Positions 41,901 through 51,492 of a DNA stretch of 64,000 nt are shown here, one piece after another. The translations under genes were made by a program, and so were the position numbers. Source of the DNA: an uncultured Phycisphaerales bacterium. Lineage in GTDB: Bacteria > Planctomycetota > Phycisphaerae > Sedimentisphaerales > Anaerobacaceae. Under the pieces are notes generated by a model, which did not search any database, was not told the origin of the DNA, and worked only from the letters and a program-made list of their open reading frames with translations. Location of the stretch: NCBI GenBank assembly GCA_963772725.1, contig CAVYYI010000004.1, forward strand, positions 192,001 to 256,000, read 5' to 3'. The stretch's first letter is position 1. Each line of letters starts with the position of its first letter.

Positions 41901-42030
41901 ATAGAGCCTGCCCTCCATACACAAAAATGAATATTAGAATTGACACAAGCAGCAAAAGTTCAAGCAGCCGGCGAAAAAGACTTTTTCTGCCCTTATCGGT
42001 CTTTCCAGGTTTCTTTAAATTTATGAACAT
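38926..42030 (-). CDS. AsmA-like / TamB-like envelope protein
   Basis: N-terminal TM, repeated FPYPLKN..G beta-rich segments and an AsmA-type C-terminus (ISGNVYDPKI). Confidence 0.75.
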   Translation of the reverse strand: MFINLKKPGKTDKGRKSLFRRLLELLLLVSILIFIFVYGGQALCRIALAQIGELTNTEIKTSSVEFRPNGSVLIRGLTILPNREHKYNDAILRAETVYARFGIGSLLLLRPELKEININNFIFDAQQNLETGQWNVTSLEIHPPKGRGGKMPFVRLKNGKLQYSKVSGGQIKVAGAIPIDARFGLDEKTEGGYGFNITTGKSVGRAQSTLKGFWQPGQITITGGISSDELPAFEASWKIEALTVKMNYDKNRNYSLKLNIRDFAAKYEKGLKVNPALINKSALESSGMINIVQRFINRYTPQGQVDVALEASGNFEQLNKSKILGQVYCKDVSICHSLFPYLMEHITGLIDITEKKAVLRDLQGSHKDVYLAFSGYAVGAGKDAQYDIRLTSENMALDKDLYDALNEKQKELWSKFSPGGLAAVDYHFWKRSKTEINHLLAVELIKVDAVFNSFPYPLKNLSGKLTFDGNETTISDVISQVNDRRIVLNGRTIRHSGQKIAYDIAIKADNIPIDSTLENALGFRQKAFYGRFAGAGFAKIQLLTGRIWSDGKNENPFYRLSLNTEPAELNNNLLGLLPGPLKAIASDLQPAGKVRLTSDVNDANGVDTPDYSISIDCLGNSINYRKFPYPLKNITGCIKLEKNRIELKNITAETANGIHIGQETSSIKVDGQIETDEHHFKDGTFQFSAKDISADNTLGAALPPNIREKYLKISPAGRFDIEIGDMKMLNSAGEINDIVFSGSLKLKDFSLGRLSIVSHINAAMKVKGGYKAGEGLNVSSADFAADSLRIKNKSLTQLTAGLDYDSSQGTLSTRDMTGYFYGGRIAGNLKMWQDKQQALQYIAEISLKDADLKQFLSDAPAKETKQNGHSSGHINGSLGISGRFGDSNSITGRCRLNITDMQVGKLSPLAKVLMILKLTEPQDYAFSQMLVDAYINHNRLFFEQFDLSGRSAAFDGTGWMDIPAEKIDLILNARGSRFATDKPSLFQSLTEGIGRAVVRIEISGNVYDPKIETTTLPVIKDTLGIFGTKPAKNK

Positions 42031-42038
42031 TCACCTTG

Positions 42039-42698
42039 CTAATTATCTGAAACGATTTTAGCCGATTTTATGACCACCGCTTCTGCCGGAACATCCGCCA
42101 TACCGCTGCGGTTTGTGGTTTTTACGGCGGCGATTTTATCCACAACGTCCATGCCTTCAACAACTTTGCCGAACACGGCATAACCCGGATTGGCTGGACC
42201 TGTATAATCGAGAAAAGTGTTATCCTTGTGATTTATAAAAAACTGTGCCGTTGCGCTGTTGGGGTTATTGGTTCTGGCCATCGCGATTGTGCCTCGTTTG
42301 TTTTTCAGGCCGTTATTTGCCTCGTTGGTAATCGGTGAATGTGTCGGTATCTGCGTCATATCCGCCGTGAATCCGCCGCCTTGTATCATAAAGCCTGATA
42401 TTACACGATGAAATATCGTGCCGTCATAAAATCCCTCTTTGACATAGGTCAAAAAATTCGCAGTTGTAATCGGGGCTGCTTTTTCGTCGAGTTCGATAAC
42501 AATATCGCCCATACTTGTCTCGAGTTTTACTTTCGCGGTTTTCAAATTTGTCTCCTTTGGTTGTTCTGTAATTTTTTTTATTTCAGGTTTTTTATCCTGT
42601 TCCGGTTTCGGTGGCTGTGTCGGACTTTTTTGGCAGCCATGCATCGAAATCGCCGCCGTTGTTAAAAAAACTATCGTATATAAAAATTTGCGAGTCAT
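42039..42698 (-). CDS. Cyclophilin-type peptidyl-prolyl isomerase, lipoprotein
   Basis: [25 protein letters not shown] and [10 protein letters not shown] motifs. Confidence 0.95.
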   Translation of the reverse strand: MTRKFLYTIVFLTTAAISMHGCQKSPTQPPKPEQDKKPEIKKITEQPKETNLKTAKVKLETSMGDIVIELDEKAAPITTANFLTYVKEGFYDGTIFHRVISGFMIQGGGFTADMTQIPTHSPITNEANNGLKNKRGTIAMARTNNPNSATAQFFINHKDNTFLDYTGPANPGYAVFGKVVEGMDVVDKIAAVKTTNRSGMADVPAEAVVIKSAKIVSDN

Positions 42699-42803
42699 AA
42701 AACAAATCCTTTTCTGATTTCATAAACTGTTTTACATAAAACATTTAAACCACAATTATAGCAGAATATCCCTATTTTGCAATAAGCGGCAGGATTATTG
42801 AAA

Positions 42804-43352
42804 TCAATCGACGGTCTCAATCAAATCAATATCTATTTCGACGCTGGCGGCCTGACCAAGCATATCTATCTGCAAAACTAAACGCGCTGTATCTTTTGTT
42901 TTTATCACGATGCCCTGCAGGTCGGCCAGAGGCCCGGCTTTCACGCGACAAAGCTGCCCGGTCTTGATATATTTGTGAGGTGCAAGGTTTACACCAGCCT
43001 TGATAGCCTGCTCTATGCCGAGAAGTTCGCAAAGCAGCTTCCGCTGGTCGTTAACCTCAATAAGGTGCGCGACGCGGTTGGTTCGCAATACCTCGACCCG
43101 CTGATTCTCATCTCCGCAAAAAAACATATAACCGCCAAATAGCGGCAGAAGCGAACGCATTTTTCTGCCTTTACTATGCTGGACTTTCCATGTCATAGGC
43201 AGGAAATAGCTGATGTTTTTCCGTATCAAATCCTGCGCAAGGGCCTTTTCGTTTCTGCTTTTCGTATGAGCGACCCACCATGCGCCGGAGAAATCTTCTA
43301 TCGATTTATCTTCCGGCCAGCTTATCGGCGGATTTTCACTTGGTTTAAGCAA
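42804..43352 (-). CDS. NusG/RfaH (UpxY-like) specialised antiterminator
   Basis: WWVAHTKSRNEK, PLFGGYMF and a KOW motif (V..GPL..LQG). Confidence 0.88.
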   Translation of the reverse strand: MLKPSENPPISWPEDKSIEDFSGAWWVAHTKSRNEKALAQDLIRKNISYFLPMTWKVQHSKGRKMRSLLPLFGGYMFFCGDENQRVEVLRTNRVAHLIEVNDQRKLLCELLGIEQAIKAGVNLAPHKYIKTGQLCRVKAGPLADLQGIVIKTKDTARLVLQIDMLGQAASVEIDIDLIETVD

Positions 43353-43374
43353 ATCAACGACCCTCCGGCTGAAA

Positions 43375-44688
43375 CTAAGCCTTTACGATTTTTCCCTGTC
43401 CGCCACGGACATTTGCGGTGGCGTTTCGTGTATCGACAACGAGTTTTGCGTTTTTGGCAATCCACTTATAATCATAATCGCTGTGGTCTGTCGAAATCAG
43501 GACGACATCGTAACCGGCCAGCATTTTTGCCGACAGTTTTTTACTTGCCATTCCTAAATTATGCTCACGCTGTTTATGGGTTTTAGGGATATAGGGGTCG
43601 TTGTAGTCGACTTTTGCTCCTTTTTCTTTGAGCAGCTCTATCAGTTCTATTGAAGGGGATTCACGCAGGTCGTCGATATCTTTCTTGTAAGCCAGCCCAA
43701 GTACAAGCACCTTGGAGCCTTTTAAGCTTTTCTTGCGTTCGTTTAGCGATTCCATTGTTTTTTCTATGACGTAGCGAGGCATATTTGTGTTTATTTCGCC
43801 GGCTAATTCGATAAAACGCGTCGCCATTCCGTACTGGCGTGCCTTCCACGTAAGATAAAACGGGTCGATGGGAATGCAGTGACCGCCCAGACCGGGGCCT
43901 GGATAAAACGGATTGAATCCGAAAGGCTTGGTGCTTGCCGCTCTTATTACTTCCCAGACGTCGATACCCATCCTCTCGAAAACCATCTTCAACTCATTGA
44001 CCATAGCTATATTTATGCAGCGATAAACATTTTCGAGAATTTTTGTCGCTTCGGCGGCCTCAAGGCCGGATACGGGAACAACTTTTACGATAGCGGCACC
44101 GTAAAGTCTGCAGGCCATATCGAGACAGATTTTGGTCAATCCTCCGACAACCTTGGGTATGGTCTTTGTCGTATAATTTTTATTGCCCGGGTCTTCCCGC
44201 TCAGGCGAAAACGCCAGATAGAAATCCCTGCCCGCTTTCAGTCCGGAGCGTTCGAGAATGGGGGCGACAACCTCACGCGTTGTGCCGGGATAGGTTGTGC
44301 TTTCGAGGATAATCAACTGGCCGCGTTTGAGGTATTTACCGATGGTTTCGCTGCTTTTGACAATAAACTGCATATCCGGTTCGCGATTCGCTGTCAGCGG
44401 CGTTGGTACGCAGATTATCACAGCATCGACGGTTCTGATGCGGGACATATCGGTAGTGGCCTTGAAAAGGCCGCTTTTTACCATTTTTGCCACTTGCGAA
44501 TGGGGAACGTGTTTGATGATGCTGCGGCCGGCGTTAAGCGTTTTGACCTTTTTCTCGTCGATGTCAAAACCCACGACTTTAAGACCCGCCGAGGTAAATT
44601 CCCGGACAAGGGGCAGGCCGACATATCCAAGCCCTAAAACACCGACAACAACCTTTTTATCATCAACTCTTTTTTCCCATTCTGCCAT
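43375..44688 (-). CDS. UDP-N-acetylhexosamine 6-dehydrogenase (WbpA/WecC-like)
   Basis: GLGYVGLP, CVPTP, ESTTYPG, PGPGLGGHCIP and DLRESP motifs. Confidence 0.92.
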   Translation of the reverse strand: MAEWEKRVDDKKVVVGVLGLGYVGLPLVREFTSAGLKVVGFDIDEKKVKTLNAGRSIIKHVPHSQVAKMVKSGLFKATTDMSRIRTVDAVIICVPTPLTANREPDMQFIVKSSETIGKYLKRGQLIILESTTYPGTTREVVAPILERSGLKAGRDFYLAFSPEREDPGNKNYTTKTIPKVVGGLTKICLDMACRLYGAAIVKVVPVSGLEAAEATKILENVYRCINIAMVNELKMVFERMGIDVWEVIRAASTKPFGFNPFYPGPGLGGHCIPIDPFYLTWKARQYGMATRFIELAGEINTNMPRYVIEKTMESLNERKKSLKGSKVLVLGLAYKKDIDDLRESPSIELIELLKEKGAKVDYNDPYIPKTHKQREHNLGMASKKLSAKMLAGYDVVLISTDHSDYDYKWIAKNAKLVVDTRNATANVRGGQGKIVKA

Positions 44689-45012
44689 AAATGTTTCCTT
44701 TGTAAAAATTATAGACAGTATCAATCAGGATGATAAGTCTAAATAAATAAAGCGAAAATGTCAAAAAAAATCCCCGAAAAGCGAGAAAAAACAGAATATA
44801 GAATAAAGGCGTAGCACGAAACAAATTAAAAAATAGAAAAATAAAAAAAAATTAAAAATTGCAATTTTTTTGTCACAATTTTGCTTTGAAAAACGCCGTA
44901 TCTGAGGCGGAGAGGTTATGCGCGTAAATTTTGAGCGGGGGGAAAACGCAATACGTTAAACAGTACGCTTTAAAAAATATAGATTAAAAAAATATTTTTT
45001 CCCTTTTCTCTA

Positions 45013-45040
45013 TTGACAATAGATTAAATTGTGCTATATT
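45013..45040 (+). promoter_or_regulatory. Sigma70-like promoter of the TPR / Cys-rich operon
   Basis: TTGACA (45013-45018), a 16-nt spacer containing the extended -10 TG, then TATATT (45035-45040). Confidence 0.6.
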
Positions 45041-45099
45041 TCAAAACTAAAGGTGTTGAATAGATAAATAAATGCGGAATATTTTTAGGGGCAATCGCA

Positions 45100-46761
45100 A
45101 TGTATAAGAGCAAAAGGAAAAACACAATCACAACGGCGGTATTCTGTCTATTATTAATTCAGTTATGCCAAATCGGCTTCGCAGATGTCATGGAGCAGTT
45201 TAAACTGGCTGATGGCTATGTCAAGGGCAAGAAATACCAGAAGGCTGAGCAGATTTATCTTGCTATTGAGGCGAACTGTCCGGACAGCAACGATGCCATG
45301 AAGGCGCAGAAAGAACTGGTAATCGTTTATATCACGACAAAAGATGAGATAAAGACAGAAGCAGCCTATAATAAATTAGTCGCCGATTGCAATGACTACG
45401 CGGGCCTGCCATCTATGCTTTATTCGATTGCCAGGAAATACGAATCGCCGGGAGTAAGAAAATATGAAAAGTCGCTTGATGTCTATCAGTATATAATACA
45501 GCAATACCCCGCCAGTCCGTCTGCCCAAAAGGCAAAATTCGATATTCGCAAGGTAAATGTTCTATCTCTTATAGATGCAGGCAAAGACACAGAAGCTCAA
45601 TCGGCTGTTGACGGCTTAATAGCCGACTTTAATGATTATCCTCTCCTCCAGTCAACCCTTTACAATATTGCGCAGGGTTATGAAAGGGCTAAAAAATATG
45701 AGCTGGCAAAAGGCATTTATCAGAAAATAATCCTGCATTACCCCTCCGATGCCTTCGCTGATAAGGCAAAGCCGAATATCGAAAAGATCGACAGCCTGCT
45801 GATGATTAACGCAAAAGATACCGCAAACGCGGATATCGCGGTGGATAAGCTTATTTTGGATTTTAACAGCAGCCCTGAATTGCCCGCCGTGCTGTATAGC
45901 CTCGCGGGACAATACGCAAGCCATGGCGAACACAGCAGGGCCAAAAGCATTTACCTGACAATAATAGCTGATTATCCAAGTTCGAGCTACGCGACCGCAT
46001 CGAAACGGCGGCTGGTAAATCTGGGTGTAACTCTCAAGAACGCAAATGAGACGCAAAATGCACTTACAAGCCTGATGGCTGATTTTAACGATGTCAACGG
46101 CGTATCAGAGCAGATTTTCGCCATTGGTGAGCAGTATTACGCCAGGGCGCAAAGCTGCGAGAAAAGAAACGATGCCAACGGCACAAAGGCGAATTACACA
46201 AAAGCTGCTCAGACCTGGGATGAGATAATCAAAAGGCCGGTAAAATCCATTATCACTGCCGACGCTTATTATTTCGGAGCGTATTGTTATCTGCGGATTG
46301 GGGAATATGACAAGGCCATCGCATACTGGCAGAAAATTGTTGCCGATTATCCGGACTATCAATACGCATGGCATGCACAGTATCGCATCGGCAACTGTTA
46401 CACGACAATGGCTAAAAAGGGGCTTATCACAGAAGAGCAGGCCAAGGCCAAACTTGAGGAGGCTTATATATCGCTTCTTGAAAAATATCCTGATTGTCCA
46501 TTCGCCAAAAGAGTGTCCGGTACGCTTGCCTCGCTCAATTTCAAAAACGGCCTATGGGAAAACGCGGCTAAGTATTTTGAGCTTCATCTTGGATATTTCG
46601 AGATTGAGGCACGACCAGCGGATATTGTTCTCAGGCTCGCTCAATGCTACGAAAAATCAGGCAATATCGAAATGGCTGGAAAATATTACAGCGAATACGC
46701 CCAGTTAGCCAAACTCGATGCGGCAGGGATAAAGGTGCTGGAAGAACGATTGTCAAAATAA
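45100..46761 (+). CDS. Exported tetratricopeptide-repeat protein
   Basis: Signal peptide, then repeated LIADFN..LY.IA..Y..A..Y..II..YP units. Confidence 0.85.
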   Translation: MYKSKRKNTITTAVFCLLLIQLCQIGFADVMEQFKLADGYVKGKKYQKAEQIYLAIEANCPDSNDAMKAQKELVIVYITTKDEIKTEAAYNKLVADCNDYAGLPSMLYSIARKYESPGVRKYEKSLDVYQYIIQQYPASPSAQKAKFDIRKVNVLSLIDAGKDTEAQSAVDGLIADFNDYPLLQSTLYNIAQGYERAKKYELAKGIYQKIILHYPSDAFADKAKPNIEKIDSLLMINAKDTANADIAVDKLILDFNSSPELPAVLYSLAGQYASHGEHSRAKSIYLTIIADYPSSSYATASKRRLVNLGVTLKNANETQNALTSLMADFNDVNGVSEQIFAIGEQYYARAQSCEKRNDANGTKANYTKAAQTWDEIIKRPVKSIITADAYYFGAYCYLRIGEYDKAIAYWQKIVADYPDYQYAWHAQYRIGNCYTTMAKKGLITEEQAKAKLEEAYISLLEKYPDCPFAKRVSGTLASLNFKNGLWENAAKYFELHLGYFEIEARPADIVLRLAQCYEKSGNIEMAGKYYSEYAQLAKLDAAGIKVLEERLSK

Positions 46762-46769
46762 ATTGGGAA

Positions 46770-46826
46770 AAGACCTAAGACGCAAGACCTCAGACCCAAT
46801 ACGCACGACGCAATACGCAATACGAA
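46770..46826 (+). repeat. Heptamer tandem repeats
   Basis: AGACCTA AGACGCA AGACCTC AGACCCA ATACGCA CGACGCA ATACGCA ATACGAA. Confidence 0.75.
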
Positions 46827-46845
46827 AGGAAACGGAGAAAATGCT

Positions 46846-48759
46846 ATGGAAGGGATAAGGCTTAAAGGTATAATTGGCATTATGATTTGCCTGACGCTAT
46901 TTTCTATCAATATCACGACTGTTGTCGCCTGTCCGCCTGACCCGCCGGAATGCAGCGACAATGAAGACTGTCCCGGCGAATGCGAATTTTGTAACGACGG
47001 ATATTGTGAAGAAGATGATGCCTTATGCACAGGTGACTGTGATGAATGCTCCGGCGGTTCATGTGTGGAGACAAACCCCGACCCTTGCCCAGGCTGTCAG
47101 ACTTGCGACGGCATCAACTGTCAGGACGATGACTCAAAATGCCCAGGCCTATGTGAGATGTGCAGTGGTGGGGTTTGTGTAACCGACCCTTCTATATGCA
47201 CCGGCGAATGTGAAACGTGCGAGGGCGATATCTGCGTGGACGATGATACAAAATGCTTCGGTGAATGTAAGGTATGCAACAGCGGTACATGTGAGGATGA
47301 CGATACTTTATGCCCAGGCGATTGCGATGAATGTTCCAGCGGTTCATGTGTGCCGACAAACCCTGACCCCTGCCCAGGCTGCAAGAGCTGCGACGGTACC
47401 GACTGCCAGGATGATGATACTTTATGCCCAGGCAGTTGCGATGAATGTTCCGATGGTTCATGCGTGGCGACAAGTCCCGACCCGTGTCCCGGCTGCCAAA
47501 CCTGTAATGGTACTAATTGTCAGGATGATGAGTCTAAATGTCCTGGTAATTGTGATAAATGTTCCGGCGGTTCGTGTGTGCCGATAAGCCCTGACCCCTG
47601 CCCCGGCTGCAAATCCTGCAATGGTACAAACTGCCAGGACGATAACAATAAATGTACCATTTGTCAGACATGCAGCAACGGAACGTGTATACCCAGAACA
47701 AATACCTGCGATAACTGCGATAATCACGGCGCTTACTGTGCTAAGACCCCGGGAACGTACTGTGTCGGTGATGCAATTACGGCAGGCACTATCACAGCGC
47801 CCGCAGATAACTCGAATGTGGATTCGAATAGTACAATTAATTTGACAGCAACTGCCGGCAGCGATTCGGATTGTTATTATTACACAAGCGGTGATGGTTG
47901 TTTTACATGCTCAAGTAGTGAAGACGATACGATAGAGGGAGATGATATTTCGTGGAGTGCGGTTGTTGAGGGGTCTAATCCACCGGAAGCCGCGGGTTCT
48001 TTTCCTTCAGGCGATTGGGGGGAATCGGTTCAGTGGAAAGCACCCGCTGTTTGCAGCGATACGAATGTGGTAATTACCGCAACATGGAATGATACCGGAA
48101 CAATGTATCCTTATGACTCTTCTGTTTCACATTCGCATACGGTAAAGGTTATAAATACGGGAAATCCATTAGACGCACCAGCACGTAGCATATATTACAT
48201 TAGAAATGGTGTAACGAACTACGCATTAATTGCATTTGAAGATGTAAAATGGGATAAAGATTTGCCATGCTGGTGCAGTCATGGGACAACAACTCAAGGT
48301 AATAAGTATACCCATTATCATAATCCTGTTGGAATACCCTATACACCACCGGGGGAACCTACGATAACAATGGACGAAGTTAATGCATACTGGGATTGGC
48401 TATTAGAGAAAGAAGAATCTGATTGGAGCAGGCATCGCCAAATGGGAAGCAACGCTACATTTGAGCGAAATTGTTTTGGATATGCAATGGATGTGGATTA
48501 CTGGGTTGATGAAGATGTAACAATAGTTCTTCAGGATGATTATACCAGCATTTCTTATGCAAATAGAACAAGTGCTGATTTTTACGCAAATGGAACAAGT
48601 CCGACTCATGCGGTTAAGGTGCTTGAATGGTTTCAAGATGGTACACTTAAAAAAACAATAGAAAAGAATAAATATAGCGGTGCTTACATAGCAGAATGGG
48701 ATGATGACCAAAATGGCGGTGGTACCGCATTGTCAAGCTGGACTTATTGGGATCCATGA
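46846..48759 (+). CDS. Secreted cysteine-rich repeat protein with an Ig-like middle and a putative papain-like C-terminal domain
   Basis: Signal peptide, 13 C-x2/3-C-x2-C-x4-C modules, and C-terminal RNCFGYA..W..LQDDY..THAVKV..EKN. Confidence 0.8.
   Translation: MEGIRLKGIIGIMICLTLFSINITTVVACPPDPPECSDNEDCPGECEFCNDGYCEEDDALCTGDCDECSGGSCVETNPDPCPGCQTCDGINCQDDDSKCPGLCEMCSGGVCVTDPSICTGECETCEGDICVDDDTKCFGECKVCNSGTCEDDDTLCPGDCDECSSGSCVPTNPDPCPGCKSCDGTDCQDDDTLCPGSCDECSDGSCVATSPDPCPGCQTCNGTNCQDDESKCPGNCDKCSGGSCVPISPDPCPGCKSCNGTNCQDDNNKCTICQTCSNGTCIPRTNTCDNCDNHGAYCAKTPGTYCVGDAITAGTITAPADNSNVDSNSTINLTATAGSDSDCYYYTSGDGCFTCSSSEDDTIEGDDISWSAVVEGSNPPEAAGSFPSGDWGESVQWKAPAVCSDTNVVITATWNDTGTMYPYDSSVSHSHTVKVINTGNPLDAPARSIYYIRNGVTNYALIAFEDVKWDKDLPCWCSHGTTTQGNKYTHYHNPVGIPYTPPGEPTITMDEVNAYWDWLLEKEESDWSRHRQMGSNATFERNCFGYAMDVDYWVDEDVTIVLQDDYTSISYANRTSADFYANGTSPTHAVKVLEWFQDGTLKKTIEKNKYSGAYIAEWDDDQNGGGTALSSWTYWDP
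47011..47637 (+). repeat. 114-bp (38-aa) intragenic repeats, four copies
   Basis: Copies at 47011-47124, 47296-47409, 47410-47523 and 47524-47637 (DDDTLCPGDCDECSSGSCVPTNPDPCPGCKSCDGTDCQ type). Confidence 0.9.
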
Positions 48760-48792
48760 TAATATTAAATATTCATTGAAAGGATAGGAAAA

Positions 48793-49806
48793 ATGAGATA
48801 CATAATTCGAATCTATAATCTAATTTTAGGTTTGTTATTGATTTTAATATTCCAAATTACAGTTATGGCGGAAGGAGACCCTAACCAAGTTTCAGAAAAG
48901 GTTGCTGATGTCAATGAAACGGTAACAGTTAGAAAAATTCTAAAAGAGAACAAAAGACATGATGTGAGAATTGCAAAAATAACTGAATTGTTGAAGAAGG
49001 AATCGCTGGAAAAAAGTATAAAGTTGCTATCAGAAAGTAATTTATATTTCTGGAATAATTACCAAATTATTTTGCCAGAACCAGAGATAAATATTCCCTT
49101 AAAAGCTTCAGCTGACCAAATTAATGTTATAGCTATAATGGGCAATCGCAGATTCCTGAAAGTTATGGACGAAATAAAGCTGTTGCCGAAAACGGAGGCG
49201 GCGAATCTGCTTAATAAAGAGATAATAAATTCACTGGAGGAGTATGAAAAACTGTTTAATTCGTATATGGCAGAGAAGGAACGTATTTTTAAGCATAATC
49301 TTGAACAGCCAAATAAAAGTTGGGGGCTGAGTTTTGTAATATCTACGAATGATGACAGCCCTTCGCTGATTTCGCAGCGTCATAAAGTGTGGGCACTTGT
49401 TTTAATTGCGGGAAATCTGGAATTGCCAGAGACAAAAGACACAGTTAGTAAAGTCGTCGAAACGGCGATGAAGCAGAGAGAAATGCTTTATAATAAGAAA
49501 GGTTCCGTTGACCCTCTAAGCGCTGGCGCGTTACTTGGTTCTGCAAGTCTTTATAATCGGCAAATCTTAGCCACTGCGGCTTTAGGGACATACGTTAGTT
49601 CTGATAAAGCGCAACAAATACTAAACGAGACTGTGCAGACATTGGAAACCCATAGGCTTACACATTACAGTTCCAGCAAAGCACTCTATGATTTAGATGT
49701 CGGTTCTGTTGAAATTGCTGACTACTCAAAAGGTGAGTTGAGCGTCAAATGTCTTAAGCCTTTGGATGATTCAAAATTCGATGCTATTATCGAAGCTGTC
49801 AAATAA
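48793..49806 (+). CDS. Exported helical hypothetical protein (candidate immunity or partner protein)
   Basis: Signal peptide, AT-rich sequence, located directly after the Cys-rich gene. Confidence 0.6.
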   Translation: MRYIIRIYNLILGLLLILIFQITVMAEGDPNQVSEKVADVNETVTVRKILKENKRHDVRIAKITELLKKESLEKSIKLLSESNLYFWNNYQIILPEPEINIPLKASADQINVIAIMGNRRFLKVMDEIKLLPKTEAANLLNKEIINSLEEYEKLFNSYMAEKERIFKHNLEQPNKSWGLSFVISTNDDSPSLISQRHKVWALVLIAGNLELPETKDTVSKVVETAMKQREMLYNKKGSVDPLSAGALLGSASLYNRQILATAALGTYVSSDKAQQILNETVQTLETHRLTHYSSSKALYDLDVGSVEIADYSKGELSVKCLKPLDDSKFDAIIEAVK

Positions 49807-49843
49807 TGCTGTAAAAATTCTATTTTTATAGGAGATTTCCATA

Positions 49844-51448
49844 ATGTTTATTCGCAGTGAATTAGTGATAGGGGCGGTATTGAGTGTTTTTCTGCTGCAA
49901 GGCGGGTGTAATACTTTTCAAAAGAAAGATGTGGATAATAGCAGTATAACAATTGGCTCATCTCCAGTATTGGGTGCTAAAAGTGCCCCTGTAACAATTG
50001 TCGCGTTTCTTGATTTGCAGTGTCCTTACTGTATGCGGGAACTGCCTAAGATAAAGCAGATTCAAAATGAGAACCCATCTAAGGTTAAATTTGTATTTAA
50101 GCATTTCCCCTTAAGTTTTCACAAGAAATCAAAGCCTGCGCACGCGGCTTTGGAATTAGCAAGGTTGCAAGGCGGGGATAAGGCATTCTGGAAGATGCTG
50201 GATTTGATTGAGCAGCAGCCGACTAAACTGGATATTGCAGTTCTAAGACTTTATGCCGAAAAACTGAATTTAAATATGGCTAAATTCGATGCTGTTATGG
50301 CCGATGCCAGCCAAATCAATAAACTCCTTGAAAATGATATTGCGCAGGGGAAACAACTTGGTGTTAATGGTACGCCCACAGTATTTATAAATGGCGAAAA
50401 AATGGTCGCTCGTGAGGTAAGTGATTACAAGGCTCGAATCGATGACATTTTAAGCAATGGAAAGAGACTGGCAAAGGCAAAGAATAATGGTGCGATATTA
50501 ACCTTTGAAAAGACGGTGTGCGATTTAGGGGAAATCAGCGTAAGAGAAAAGAAAGATTGCGAATTAAAGTTTAAGAATACGGGTAAAGGGTTATTGGCCA
50601 TAGGTGAAATAAAATCGACCTGTGGCTGTACTGTGCCGAGTTTGGCAAAGAAGGAATATAAACCCGGTGAAGATGGGGTTATTAAAATCAGTTACAGCGG
50701 GCAAAGCAACTCCGGCGCGGTAGCAAAACACATATATGTATCAAGCAATGATGGTGCCAATCCCAAAATTGCTCTTACACTAAAGGCTGCTGTTACCGAG
50801 CAAATTATAGTTACGCCTGCAAAATTAAATCTCAATCTTGATAAAGATAATGCGGGTATGCCGGAGATAAGTATAAAGAGTAAAGACGGTGCGGCTTTTA
50901 GTATAAAGAGCTTTACGGTTAATAATGATGTGATTAAGGCGGATTGCGATAGTAATGCTGCGGCTGAATTTATTATTAAGCCCAAAGCAGATTTAGCGAA
51001 ACTTAAAAATAATACGGCAGGTATAATAAGGGTGATTATCGACCATCCCAAATGCAGTTCGATAACCATTCCTTATGAGGTTCTGACGAGATTTTCAGTT
51101 CAGCCGGGCAGATTGGTATTTTTAATCGCCGAGCCGAACACACCGGAAAAAAGAGACATTGTTGTTAAGAATAATTACGGCGAGAATTTCGAGATAGCCT
51201 CCGTATCCTCTCGGCATGGTTTTGTAAAGCTTATTTCAGAGAGTAAGAACCAAAACAGCGTAAAATTAACCGTAGAAGTAACCCCACCCCTGAGTTCTGA
51301 AAATCATTTCGCCGATTCCATCGACATTGACCTCAAAGATGGCGAGCATCTGACAATCCCCTGCAGCGGCTTTTATAAAAGCGTAATAGATTCAAAATCC
51401 AAACCCCTCGCCCATGCCGCAAAAGACTCTTCGCAAAATAAACAATAG
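49844..51448 (+). CDS. DsbA-like thioredoxin lipoprotein fused to DUF1573/Ig-like domains
   Basis: Lipobox LQGGC, DLQCPYC, HFPL, the GTPT cis-Pro loop and FKNTG..STCGCT. Confidence 0.88.
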   Translation: MFIRSELVIGAVLSVFLLQGGCNTFQKKDVDNSSITIGSSPVLGAKSAPVTIVAFLDLQCPYCMRELPKIKQIQNENPSKVKFVFKHFPLSFHKKSKPAHAALELARLQGGDKAFWKMLDLIEQQPTKLDIAVLRLYAEKLNLNMAKFDAVMADASQINKLLENDIAQGKQLGVNGTPTVFINGEKMVAREVSDYKARIDDILSNGKRLAKAKNNGAILTFEKTVCDLGEISVREKKDCELKFKNTGKGLLAIGEIKSTCGCTVPSLAKKEYKPGEDGVIKISYSGQSNSGAVAKHIYVSSNDGANPKIALTLKAAVTEQIIVTPAKLNLNLDKDNAGMPEISIKSKDGAAFSIKSFTVNNDVIKADCDSNAAAEFIIKPKADLAKLKNNTAGIIRVIIDHPKCSSITIPYEVLTRFSVQPGRLVFLIAEPNTPEKRDIVVKNNYGENFEIASVSSRHGFVKLISESKNQNSVKLTVEVTPPLSSENHFADSIDIDLKDGEHLTIPCSGFYKSVIDSKSKPLAHAAKDSSQNKQ

Positions 51449-51492
51449 TCAAATGTTCTATGCCGCCGCTGTGCAGGGCAATATATCGCAAT

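Noticed and set aside
44808..44818. ops element (GGCGTAGCACG) for the RfaH-like gene
   Set aside because: Imperfect match, and on the strand opposite to that operon.
47011..47637. CRISPR array or multiheme cytochrome
   Set aside because: The repeats are in-frame, degenerate at synonymous sites and lack unique spacers. There is no CxxCH motif, and no cas gene is in the window.
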